This document shows positions 31,496-41,008 of a stretch of 64,000 nucleotides of DNA, piece after piece. The first letter of the stretch is position 1. Every line of letters begins with the position of its first letter. Origin of the DNA: an uncultured Alphaproteobacteria bacterium (GTDB taxonomy: Bacteria > Pseudomonadota > Alphaproteobacteria > Rhizobiales > Hyphomicrobiaceae). The position numbers were made by a program, and so were the translations under genes. The stretch covers positions 373,302 through 437,301 of the forward strand of contig CAVSCT010000021.1 of assembly GCA_963726555.1 (NCBI GenBank), written 5' to 3'. The notes under the pieces are model-generated. The model was not told the DNA's origin. It saw nothing but the letters and a program-made list of their open reading frames with translations, and did no database searches.

Positions 31496-31933
31496 ATGTC
31501 GCGCCTTTCGCTGCTGTCGAACCCCCTGCTATTGGGGTTCGACGAGATCGAACGCCTGATCGACCGCGCGACCAAGGGCGGCGGCGATGGCTATCCCCCC
31601 TACAACGTTGAGCGCATTGGCGCCCAGAACGGATCGGGCGAGCTGTTGCGCATCACGCTTGCGGTCGCGGGCTTCTCACGCGATCAACTCGAGGTCACGC
31701 TGGAGGACAGCCAGCTCACGGTGCGCGGCAAGCAGCAGGAGGACAAGTCGCGAGAGTTTCTTTACCGTGGCATCGCTGCCCGCCAGTTCAGCCGCACATT
31801 CGTGCTTGCGGATGGAATTGAGGTAAAGTCCGCCGATCTTGCGAACGGGCTCCTCGCCATCGATCTGCAGCGTCTCGAGCCCGAGCGTTCGGTACGCACG
31901 ATCGAGATCGGCGACAGAAAACCGCATGCGTGA
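31496..31933 (+). CDS. Small heat shock protein (Hsp20/IbpA family)
   Basis: LLGFD, GYPPYNVE, LAVAGF, YRGIAARQF.R.F.LA, NGLL.I. Confidence 0.93.
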   Translation: MSRLSLLSNPLLLGFDEIERLIDRATKGGGDGYPPYNVERIGAQNGSGELLRITLAVAGFSRDQLEVTLEDSQLTVRGKQQEDKSREFLYRGIAARQFSRTFVLADGIEVKSADLANGLLAIDLQRLEPERSVRTIEIGDRKPHA

Positions 31934-32030
31934 GCGTTTGCTGAGAGAGGCTGCCGAACGGTATGGCGCCCGACGGCGTTATAGTTTCGCGGATGAAGTA
32001 CCGGGCTCGGCCTGAAGAAGGAGTTGCGTC

Positions 32031-32300
32031 ATGACCGAAAGTGACAAAGCAACGGTTCGCCGGAAGCTCATCACCGAGAGCGAGCTCGCGACCTTGGGCG
32101 GCGGAGCCGTCGCCTACATCAAGACGCTCACTTCGGACGAGGCGAGCCGCATGTTCCCCGCCGTTGAGGGGCTGCCGCAGGGCATCAGCCTGTTCTCGCT
32201 GCATGCCGCCGACGGCACGCCGCTGGCGCTCACCGACACCAGGCAGGCGGCCATCGGGCACGCCTTCGATGACGACCTGGAGATCGCCAGCGTGCACTGA
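32031..32300 (+). CDS. DUF1150-like protein
   Basis: LGGGAVAYIK, LFSLHAADGTPLAL, terminal SVH; typical hsp20 neighbour. Confidence 0.78.
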   Translation: MTESDKATVRRKLITESELATLGGGAVAYIKTLTSDEASRMFPAVEGLPQGISLFSLHAADGTPLALTDTRQAAIGHAFDDDLEIASVH

Positions 32301-32324
32301 CACGCGGCCTAGCGTACGCATTCA

Positions 32325-32353
32325 AAAAGGCTCCGGCGATGCCGGAGCCTTTT
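32325..32353. terminator. Bidirectional intrinsic terminator
   Basis: AAAAGGCTCCGGC-GAT-GCCGGAGCCTTTT between convergent genes. Confidence 0.85.
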
Positions 32354-32379
32354 CATTTGTGACGGGCGGGCCCTTCGCT

Positions 32380-33363
32380 CTAGCTGCGGTAGTGGGCGAA
32401 CTGGCCGCGCGGGCGAAACCGCTCCAGGTAGGTCGGCACGATGGCCGCGACGCCGTGGGGGCTCATGATGCCGAGGCCGGCGAGCGTGCGGTGCTCGGCC
32501 TTCGCAGCGTCGCCGACGACGCTCGGCTTCTGCAGCAGCAGGACCTGGTCGTAGGTGAGCGGTCGCAGGCTGTTGGGCAGCGGCGAGGTGAGGATGGCTT
32601 GCAGCTTGGCCGCCCAGAACGGCATACGCGCGAAGCTACGGTCGCGGTCGGTCCACTGCTGCACGAGGTTCATGATCTCGCGGAAGGTCAGAATCTCCGG
32701 TCCGCCGATTTCGTAGACTGAGCCGGGTTTGCCGGCGCCCTGGAGGCAGGCCGCCACGGCTGCCGCCACGTCCCCGACGAACACCGGCTGGAACTTGGTC
32801 TTGCCGCCGCCGATCAGCGGCAGGAACGGCGAGATGCGCGCCATGGCGGCGAACCGATTGAAGAACTCATCCTCCGGCCCGAACACGACCGAGGGCCGCA
32901 GGATGATGGCGTCCGGGAACTCCGCCAGCACCGCGGCCTCGCCTTCGCCCTTGGAGCGAGCGTAGCGCGATCTCGCTTTGGGGTCGGCGCCGATTGCCGA
33001 GATGTGCACGAGGCGCTTCACCCCGCGCTCGCGCGCCGCCTTGGCGATAGCGCGCGCGCCGTCGACGTGGATGGCGCGGAAGCTCTGGCGCCCGCTGCTC
33101 GTCAGCACCCCGACGGCGTTGACCACGGCCTTGGCGCCATCGATAGCGCGCGCGACCGATCCGTCGTAGCGGACGTTGGCCTGCACCGGGAACACCTGCC
33201 CGACGCGGCCTGTCGGTTGCAGGAAGCCCGCCAGATCCGGCCGGCGCACGGCCGCGCGCAGGCGCCAGCCTTCCTTCGCCAGCGCCGCGACGGCGTAGCG
33301 CCCGATGAAGCCCGAGCCGCCGAAAACCGTCGCCAAACCCTGGTCGTCGAGACGATCCGCCAT
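32380..33363 (-). CDS. Complex I NDUFA9-family SDR (NAD(P)-binding)
   Basis: VFGGSGFIG, SAIGA, YARSK, RPSVVFGPED, FQPVFVGDVA. Confidence 0.88.
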   Translation of the reverse strand: MADRLDDQGLATVFGGSGFIGRYAVAALAKEGWRLRAAVRRPDLAGFLQPTGRVGQVFPVQANVRYDGSVARAIDGAKAVVNAVGVLTSSGRQSFRAIHVDGARAIAKAARERGVKRLVHISAIGADPKARSRYARSKGEGEAAVLAEFPDAIILRPSVVFGPEDEFFNRFAAMARISPFLPLIGGGKTKFQPVFVGDVAAAVAACLQGAGKPGSVYEIGGPEILTFREIMNLVQQWTDRDRSFARMPFWAAKLQAILTSPLPNSLRPLTYDQVLLLQKPSVVGDAAKAEHRTLAGLGIMSPHGVAAIVPTYLERFRPRGQFAHYRS

Positions 33364-33487
33364 CGTCAGCCCCCGTTGCCTGCAACTAAGCTTGAGGCCT
33401 CAAGGAATACACGAGCGCAGGGGCGCCTGTGAAGCGCGGCGGAGTAATTGACAAGGAAGCCAGTGGCCACTAACTCATCGCCTTCGT

Positions 33488-33574
33488 GCCCAGATGGCGG
33501 AATTGGTAGACGCACTAGCTTTCAGGTAGCTAGCGCCGCAAGGCGTGGAGGTTCGAGTCCTCTTCTGGGCACCA
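33488..33574 (+). tRNA. tRNA-Leu(CAG)
   Basis: Acceptor GCCCAGA/TCTGGGC-A-CCA, D-loop GGAATTGGTAGA, anticodon CAG at 33523-33525, variable arm GCC-GCAA-GGC, TTCGAGT T-loop. Confidence 0.93.
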
Positions 33575-33666
33575 TACTCTCGTTCGATAATGTCCAAGAA
33601 CGTCCGAAATTAGTTAGAAATCAAAGCCTGTACGCGACACGGCGTCCCACCTCGTCCTAGCGCATC

Positions 33667-33737
33667 TGTTGGTATCCGCCCCGATCGTTGGTATATTTGT
33701 TGGTATCCCCGCGAGACCAACACGGCAGATACCAACA
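33667..33737. repeat. Putative integrase arm-type sites
   Basis: GTTGGTAT three times direct (33668, 33687, 33699) plus inverted GAGACCAACA and ATACCAACA before the integrase ATG. Confidence 0.6.
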
Positions 33738-34945
33738 TGCCTCTCACGGAAATCGGAATCCGCTCGGCAAAGCCCGGCACTAAGATCATCAAACTCTCGG
33801 ACGGTGGTGGCTTGCAATTGTGGATCACGCCAGACGGCGCGAAGCGTTGGCGTTTGGCCTATCGCTTTGCCGGTGTTCAAAAGACGCTCGCTTTAGGCGT
33901 CTACCCTGCGACGGGTCTTCGCGACGCGCGAGATGCGAGGGACGCGGCCAAGCGGCTCTTGAACGAGGGGATAGACCCTGCCCAACATCGCCGAGCCGAA
34001 AATACGAAAAGGGCGGCGGCTTCTACCAACACTTTCGACGCCATCGCCGCTGAGCTTCTGGAAAAGAAGCGGCGAGAGCGCAAGGCCGACCGTACCATCA
34101 CAAAATTCGAGTGGTTCATGAGGCTTGCGCGTCCGGGCATCGGCTCGCGACCAATCGCCGAAATATCCGCGCCGGAAATTCTTGCGGTTCTTCGTCCGAT
34201 AGAGGCGCGCGGGCGGCACGAGACCGCGAAAAAGCTTCGCGGCGCTATTGGACAAGTGTTCCGCTTCGCCGTCGCCACGGGCCGCGCCGAAGGCGACCCG
34301 ACGGTCGCTCTTAGGGGCGCCCTCGCCGCACCGGTCGTCAACCATCGCGCCGCGATCATCGAGCCGAAAGCTTTGGCGGTCTTCTTCGCGCCATCGCGAA
34401 CTACGAGGGCGCACCGGAAACGCGGGCGGCGCTCGAATTGCTCGCGCTCACTTTCGTTCGCCCCGGCGAGCTTCGCGCGGCGGAATGGGGAGATTTCGAC
34501 CTTGCGACCGGCGTTTGGGAAATCCCCGCTGCAAAGATGAAAATGAAGCGCCCACATCGCGTCCCGCTCGCGCCGCAAGCCGTCGCAATCTTGCGCGACC
34601 TGCAATCGATAACCGGCCAGGGCAAATTCCTGTTCCCGTCAATCCGCTCGGCGACGCGCTGCATGAGCGAAAACACCATCAACGCGGCCTTGCGCCGTCT
34701 CGGCTTCACGAAAGACGAAATGACCGGCCACGGCTTTCGCTCGGCGGCGTCTTCAATGCTGAACGAAAGCGGCCTTTGGAACGCCGACGCAATCGAGCGC
34801 CAATTAGCGCATGCGATAGCGATAGCGTGCGCCGCGCCTATGCCCGCGCCGACTTTTGGAAAGAGCGTGTCGGCATGATGAAGTGGTGGGCCGATAAATG
34901 CGACGAGATGCGAAGCGGCGGGACGTTGTTTCGTTGCGGGCCTAG
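33737..34945 (+). CDS. P4-like tyrosine integrase with arm-binding domain (three indels)
   Basis: KLSDGGGL...WRLAYR...LALGVYP; FVRPGELR; HRVPL; TGHGFRS; ERQLAH; VRRAY. Confidence 0.9.
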
Positions 34946-35522
34946 GCTGAGAGGGTTGCGCCCCGGGTCGCCCTTAGCGACCGCTCTAGGCATGTGCGCC
35001 TCAAAGGCAAGGAGAAGGTCAAGGTTGCCTGCGCACGGACGGCGTGTGTCGGTGACTCGCGTGGGGCGTAGATATGTATGCTTGCCCCGGGCTGATCTAA
35101 ACACCTTGAAGATCGAGTACGGGCTTTGATCCCGCATCTCGATCAGTGACCCCCACGAAAACATCGATGCAACCAAGCGCACCCACCAAGGCGGCTGCTT
35201 AAACAGTCCGCATAAGGTCTCCTCCAAATCGGGGATGGTGAGCTCATTCCTCTTTCGGCAGTCTCCTGCTGGTGAATAGCACAAGCTCCGGGGGGAAAGC
35301 CGACCGCGGATGCGGTCCCACCGAGCGAAGGGAAGGTCTCCCCCTTCGCTCGGTGTGCGCGGCAGGCATGTTCGTTCTCGTTCTTGGGGGAGGACACAGT
35401 GCTGGAAGCCCTCGGCATCGTCATGGTGGCACTAGCCGTCCTTGCACTCCTAGTTGTGATCAGTCGCTCTTTTTGAAGTGCGACCCCAGCAAGGCAGCCA
35501 AGGGGGGCAATTGAAGACTAGA

Positions 35523-36266
35523 ATGCCCGCCCAACTCTCCGCCGACCTACTCAAATTCACAGAGTTGGTTCAGCATCTCGACACGCCAGAGGCAGTCCTG
35601 GATGCGCTCAATGCGATTACATGGACCGACTGTCACGCCCACGTTCTAGGTGCAGCTCTGCTTCCGCTAAGTTTCGGGGCATCTGACTCACTCGTGGTGG
35701 GCAAGACAGTTTTTCTACATAAGAGCGTCCCTAAAGGATGGTGGGAGGATCGCACGCAGCTGGCCACAGGGTCACCGGCGCCCAGTGACGTAGCAGCGCG
35801 TCTCGCGCTCGCGCCCTTCACGCTCTCGGAATTGATGAAATCCCTTGAGCCCATCGGCATTGATCGGTGGGCGGTCGAGCTAAATTTGAAACATGGCATC
35901 CGCGACCTTTTCGGTTGTCCAATCGGAGGCCGTTGGATTTTTGCCTATTGGTCGCCAAAGCCAATGCAGCTCCAACCGGATCAACGCGCACTGCTCTACT
36001 TAGGTGCCTCTTTCGCGACCACCCAGCTGCAAAAGCTCGCCCCGCCGTTTGCCGGGCGGCTTGGCAAGGGTGCCAGCCTGACGCCGCGCGAACTATCGGT
36101 GCTGCGCTGGCTCTCCCTGGGCCATCGCATTGCTGAGATCAGTAAAGACATGGGGCTGGGCGAAGAGACAGTGCGGAGCCACATCAAGAAGGCCCAGGCC
36201 AAGCTCGGTGTGCGAAACACAACCCACGCCGTCGTGCAAGCCGTACGGCTGCGGTTAATCCCATGA
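35523..36266 (+). CDS. LuxR-family regulator (sensor domain plus HTH), no cognate LuxI in the window
   Basis: C-terminal LTPRELSVLRWLSLG..IAEI....GLGEETVRSHIKKAQAKLG. Confidence 0.85.
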   Translation: MPAQLSADLLKFTELVQHLDTPEAVLDALNAITWTDCHAHVLGAALLPLSFGASDSLVVGKTVFLHKSVPKGWWEDRTQLATGSPAPSDVAARLALAPFTLSELMKSLEPIGIDRWAVELNLKHGIRDLFGCPIGGRWIFAYWSPKPMQLQPDQRALLYLGASFATTQLQKLAPPFAGRLGKGASLTPRELSVLRWLSLGHRIAEISKDMGLGEETVRSHIKKAQAKLGVRNTTHAVVQAVRLRLIP

Positions 36267-36401
36267 TGCCGAGGGAGCCTCGAGGTCGCGTGCGTACGAG
36301 GGAGCCGTTCCGTCCGAAGTCTCCCCCTAACCAGGGATGCTACAGACACTCATGGTTGCGTAGAGATTGGCCCCCGTCAGCAGAGAGTACGGAGGCGACG
36401 A

Positions 36402-36596
36402 ATGGACATTATTGAGAGGCTCCGCCTAACCGACCTGCAATTAGCCCAAGAAGCCGCGGGCGAGATTGAGTGGCTGCGCGCTCATGCTGTGAAGATGCGG
36501 GCAGTGTGCCAAGACCTGGCAGAACGCCTGCACGCTACCGATCCCACGAGCACCTGTGGCGAGGACGCCGAAATGGCGCACCCAACACTGCATTAG
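36402..36596 (+). CDS. Small hypothetical protein
   Basis: GGAGG RBS; MDIIERLR...EAAGEIEWLR pattern seen in phage-like small ORFs. Confidence 0.45.
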   Translation: MDIIERLRLTDLQLAQEAAGEIEWLRAHAVKMRAVCQDLAERLHATDPTSTCGEDAEMAHPTLH

Positions 36597-36876
36597 CCGT
36601 GGACCGGTTTTCACAGAGCTCTTGCCCTCGCATCATCGTTCACGAGCAAGCGGCAGGAGGATGATCAACCCGACGATGGCAACGACGATTCCATTACGAC
36701 CACCTTTGGGTCGCTGAAGCTCACTGTTGGTCGACTGGTCCCAACATGGTTCGGCTCTTGCGCCCTGCACAATGTCGGAGACGATGGAAAATTGGAGCTG
36801 GCAAGCGCCTTTGCCGACCAGCTCCGGTAGCAGTTCAGCCTGCTAAAATTTGGCTGTTATTCGTTGGAGACAACTC

Positions 36877-37209
36877 TCACCACCAGCCGTAACCGCAGCG
36901 GTGGTTACGATACAAGGCAACCCCACCCCAACGGTAGCCGCGGTAGCCTCGGTATCCATAATAGCCGGCATGCCGATAACCCCGGTAAAGGCCGACACGC
37001 CGGTAGCCGCGGTAAAGGCCGACATGCCGGTGTCCGCGGTATACGCCGTACCCACGGTATCCGCGCCGAATTAGTACGCTTTCGACGAGAGAAGAACTGT
37101 TCTGCTGGATGCTCTTGCTGAGCGGGGCGGCAGGAATGGCTTGGCTACTGGCCGTGGAGCCAGTGATCAAAGCCGCAGCGAGCGCCGCTATAATGAGGCT
37201 CGTTTTCAT
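36877..37209 (-). CDS. Exported Gly/Tyr/Arg-rich repeat protein
   Basis: AAGGAG RBS, signal peptide, (V)GLYRGYR(R/H) repeats of 27 bp. Confidence 0.7.
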   Translation of the reverse strand: MKTSLIIAALAAALITGSTASSQAIPAAPLSKSIQQNSSSLVESVLIRRGYRGYGVYRGHRHVGLYRGYRRVGLYRGYRHAGYYGYRGYRGYRWGGVALYRNHRCGYGWW

Positions 37210-37310
37210 TTGATCTCCTTGGGGGGAAGGACGAGGTCACGCGACCAACACTAGTCCTGCTCCGGGCTGTTCGATAGGGGCCATTTCGGGGGACCCCCAC
37301 TCTCGCAGGA

Positions 37311-37943
37311 TCAGCCCTGCTTGTCATCGGCAGGGATATAAGTTCGGTTCGACAGCTTCTCCAGCTTCGCGCGATTGCAGATGACGATGCGGCTGCGTCG
37401 TCGGGCAATCACGCCCTCGCGTTCAAGGTGTTGGATTGCCACGGTCACCCCTGCCCGCCGAACACCCAGCATCATGGACCCGGTCGTGGGCCATCAACAG
37501 CCAGCGCGCCAGGCGCTCTTCGATCTTGGAACGGCCATTGGCAACGGCCGTCCGTGTCACCTGATTGAGGAAAGCATGCGCGCAATGCAGCAACGAGCCG
37601 TGTAGGGTTCGGCTCTTCGCGATGGCCGCGCGCAGATCGTTCGCCCGCATACACTGGTCTTGGCCCGCCACCTGTATGAATACCTCGTTGTTATTGCGGT
37701 CGTGGCCGAACACCGCCGCCAAGCCGGTCATCTCCTCGTACCCAATGAGCCCGACCTCGATGGGCTTACCGGTGTTGACCGAGGCAATGCCGCTTTCGGG
37801 GATGTAGATAGCTTTGATTGGCGTGTTGGCGCGTTCCAGGACCTTGCGCAGCGGCAAATCGGCAGGTCCAAGTTTGGCAGGAGCAGCGCGAGGTCATCTC
37901 GTGAAAGACGCGCAAGGATGAGGTTTTGCTGAGGTGGGGCCAT
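37311..37943 (-). pseudogene. Crp/Fnr-family regulator with internal deletions
   Basis: QNLILARL, IYIPESGIAS, IEVGLIG.E, IEERLARWLLMAHDR, then MLGVRRAGVTVA HTH in another frame with the intervening LPLTHE-type segment missing. Confidence 0.7.
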
Positions 37944-38205
37944 GGCGCTCTCCCTTGTGGGGGCGGGAGCGCATCGCCTCTCTCAGCCGTCCGCGCCCTG
38001 AAACGTCGGCGGACGATGGCCGCGCCTAGGGGCCGATCCATTCAGCCAAGGGTCGGCCCTCTTGCATTTTCCCTACCCAAACGGGTGCGCCGGCGAGCTC
38101 CCTGCTGGGTAGGTCAGAATGCCCGATGTTGAACAGTCGGCACCTGCACTATCGAGGCACCGCGCCACCGACAGATCCGGCGAGAGGTGTATCAACGTGA
38201 GTTTC

Positions 38206-38424
38206 ATGTTCGTCGAAAGGTTGGACAAAGAACAGCTCTTGGTGCTGCGCAAAGTATTTCCCCGAGCCTGCACCGAACTCGGCATTGGTGCAGAAGAGGA
38301 CGACGAGGAGCGCCGCGAGCAACTGGCCTCAATAATTCTCGCAATCGCTCAAGGTGAAGCCGATCTCGACCTCGTTCTAGCTCGCGCCGTGTATCAGATG
38401 CGGCCGGCCGGCTCACTCCACTAG
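38206..38424 (+). CDS. Small hypothetical protein
   Basis: Helical ORF (LRKVF..AC.ELG...RREQLASIILAIA.GE.D...L). Confidence 0.45.
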   Translation: MFVERLDKEQLLVLRKVFPRACTELGIGAEEDDEERREQLASIILAIAQGEADLDLVLARAVYQMRPAGSLH

Positions 38425-38484
38425 GGCTAGCTCCGGCCAACAGCAAGATTGAACGGATGACGCCTTTGCTTACTGCGCTGAGGG

Positions 38485-38862
38485 TTAGCTGTTGCTGCTC
38501 TTCAGAGCTATCGCGAGGCAATCAATCAAGCACTCATCATTAAAGGGCTTACTCAGGAAGCCAACTGCTCCAGCCCTGAGCATCTGCGTCCGAATGCTCT
38601 CCTCCGGATGTGCTGTGACCCCAATGATTGGCATGTGGCGGCCGTCGGCGATCAAACGACTCTGTAGCTCGACACCGCTCAAACCCGACATTTGCACGTC
38701 TGTGATCAGGCATGACGTGTCATTCACGCGGTCCGACTCCAAAAAGTTTTCGGCCGACGCGAACGTGGCTACGGCATACCCAAGCGACCGCACGAGCGCG
38801 CTTATGGCTTCGCGCACCGACTGATCGTCATCGACAATTGAAATCATGGGTACCTTCGGCAA
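38485..38862 (-). CDS. Single-domain response regulator receiver
   Basis: ISIVDDD, LITDVQM.G.SG, VTA, FLSKPF; TTG start after GAGAGG. Confidence 0.88.
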   Translation of the reverse strand: MPKVPMISIVDDDQSVREAISALVRSLGYAVATFASAENFLESDRVNDTSCLITDVQMSGLSGVELQSRLIADGRHMPIIGVTAHPEESIRTQMLRAGAVGFLSKPFNDECLIDCLAIALKSSNS

Positions 38863-39198
38863 GCTGATTCCTCTCGGGAAGCCTTCCTTCACTTGGAAGG
38901 ATTGAGACCGCATCCGCGGCTGGCTTTCCCCCTGGGGGTTCTTTGCGCCGAAAGAGGCATGAGCCACCATCCCCGATTAGGGGGAGACCTAAGGGGACCC
39001 TTGAGCAACCGCATGGATGCTCTTTGAACAAGGGAACGCCGATCCAAGTCGCTCGTCTTTTGTGCCGCAAGTGCCACAGCCACTCGAAATCTCTCGGATG
39101 GTTCGAACCGGCACGCAGCGAATTGAAGTACACTCTAGCTCGGCCCCCCCGACGCACTCACGTCCCCAATGCGTGCTTGTGACCCGGAGGAACCGTAC

Positions 39199-40893
39199 AT
39201 GATACTCGCGCTCCAAAGGCTTAAAGCCCTAAGGCTCGAAGCGCTCACCTGGTTTCTGCTGCCTATCCTGTTGCTGACGCCCGCCATAGTGCAGGCGCAG
39301 CCGGCTCCGCTACCGCCCTCGGCGGACATCCAGCGTGAGCGCGTCGAGCAGCTGCAAGAGCTGCTCCGCACGAAAAAAGCGCTCGTGACAACGCAGAAAA
39401 CCATGGAGCGGCAACTTGCCGAATTCGACGCGAGGATCGCCGCGCTGGAAGCGAGCCTGGGGGTTCCATCGCAGAAGGAACTCCCTCAGGGGACCTGGGG
39501 CGCCACAGTCTCTACTGCGGCGCTCGCGTCTCCCGGCGGGATGGTCTACCCCAAAAGTCCAGACCCAGGTCCCTACGAACCCGCGGCTCCGGGCGAGGTG
39601 GTTTACGCCAAAAGTTCAGACCCAGGTGTCTACGAACCCGCGGCTCCAGGCGGCATGACATACCAACAAAGCCCCTATGCTAAGGAAGTCAAATTGGGTG
39701 CCTTTCCCTACGAATTCGGTAAAGGCTTCGTTCTCGCTCGCGGACCTAACGGAGAAGTCGACTTCTCCGCAAAGGGCTATGTGCGCTACCTGAACCAATT
39801 GGGCTTGGACAAATTCTACACGGATGCATTTGGGCGCACTACGGAGCTCGATCGGAGACAAGATATCGAGCTGAATAGGCTTCAATTTATTCTTCACGGA
39901 TGGCTGTTTGACGAACGATTCCGCTACTTTTGGTATGCCTGGACGCAAAACGTGAGCCAGGGGGACCCTGCGCAGGTCGTCGTCGGAGGCAATATCAGCT
40001 ATAAATTCTCTGATGCCTTGACTACGACGGCCGGTATCTTCTCGTTGCCTTCAACGCGATCAACCGCTCAGTCATTCCCGAACTGGCTCAGGATCGATCA
40101 TCGTGGGATGGCAGATGAATACTTTCGCGGATCGTACATACAGGGGGTCATGGCGAACGGAAAGATTACGGATACCCTGGATTACAAGGTGGCAGTCGCC
40201 AACAATCTCAGCGCGCTTGGCGTCAGCGCAAGCCAGATGGATCCCTGTCTGTGTACGGTCTCTGGCTTTCTTTACTGGATGCCAACTACGGGTGAGTACG
40301 GGCCGGGCGCAGGCTTCGGTGATTATGAGTATCACGAGAAGCTCGCGACGCTATTTGGGGTCCATCACACCTACAGCGTTGAGGATGCGCAGTCGCAGCC
40401 AGGGGTCAACGCTTTTGAAAACAGTCAGATACGCCTCTCGGATGGAACGCTGTTCTTCGCCCCTAATGCATTCAACACCGGCGGTAGGGTTGAGAAGGCG
40501 ACCTACAATATGCTGGACCTGGACGCTGGGCTAAAGTGGAAGGGTTGGTCGCTTGACGCAGAGTATTATTTTCGATGGTTGGATAACTTCAAGGTCACCG
40601 GAGACATACCTGTAACCAGCCTGTTCGATCAGGGGTTCCAGGTGTACGCGTCAACCATGCTCGAACCGGAGTATTTGCAAGCCTATCTCTCTGGATCAAA
40701 GATCTACGGTGAATATGGAGACCCGTGGGACCTTGCAGCCGGATTGACGTACTTTCCGTTTGGCCACAAGGAGGTGCGCATGAACGTTCAGGCTCTCTAC
40801 ATGGACCGTTCGGCCGTCGGCTACACGGCAGTCCCGTATGTGGTCGGCGGTACCGGAATGGTTTACACACTCGACGTTGGCACCTGGTTCTAA
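39199..40893 (+). CDS. Putative outer-membrane beta-barrel (porin-like) protein with N-terminal coiled coil and Pro-rich repeats
   Basis: GGAGG RBS, signal peptide, aromatic-rich alternating strands, terminal W-F. Confidence 0.65.
   Translation: MILALQRLKALRLEALTWFLLPILLLTPAIVQAQPAPLPPSADIQRERVEQLQELLRTKKALVTTQKTMERQLAEFDARIAALEASLGVPSQKELPQGTWGATVSTAALASPGGMVYPKSPDPGPYEPAAPGEVVYAKSSDPGVYEPAAPGGMTYQQSPYAKEVKLGAFPYEFGKGFVLARGPNGEVDFSAKGYVRYLNQLGLDKFYTDAFGRTTELDRRQDIELNRLQFILHGWLFDERFRYFWYAWTQNVSQGDPAQVVVGGNISYKFSDALTTTAGIFSLPSTRSTAQSFPNWLRIDHRGMADEYFRGSYIQGVMANGKITDTLDYKVAVANNLSALGVSASQMDPCLCTVSGFLYWMPTTGEYGPGAGFGDYEYHEKLATLFGVHHTYSVEDAQSQPGVNAFENSQIRLSDGTLFFAPNAFNTGGRVEKATYNMLDLDAGLKWKGWSLDAEYYFRWLDNFKVTGDIPVTSLFDQGFQVYASTMLEPEYLQAYLSGSKIYGEYGDPWDLAAGLTYFPFGHKEVRMNVQALYMDRSAVGYTAVPYVVGGTGMVYTLDVGTWF
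39535..39663 (+). repeat. 57-bp (19-aa) tandem repeat, ~2.3 copies
   Basis: GGMVYPKSPDPGPYEPAAP / GEVVYAKSSDPGVYEPAAP / GGMTY; copies start at 39535, 39592, 39649. Confidence 0.85.
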
Positions 40894-41008
40894 AGCAAGC
40901 GGAGCCGTCAAAGTTTGCTCGATCCATTTCGCCCCTGCCGGTACCGAAACTACCCACTACAAATTGACTATTGCTTTGGAAGCCAGGCTGTAACGGCGGA
41001 GTAACGCC

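Noticed and set aside
33737-34945. Integrase as a true pseudogene
   Set aside because: The breaks are single missing bases in short runs; cannot be told apart from sequencing error without reads
36900-37070. Short repeats as a possible CRISPR array
   Set aside because: They are in-frame coding repeats without unique spacers; no cas genes in the window
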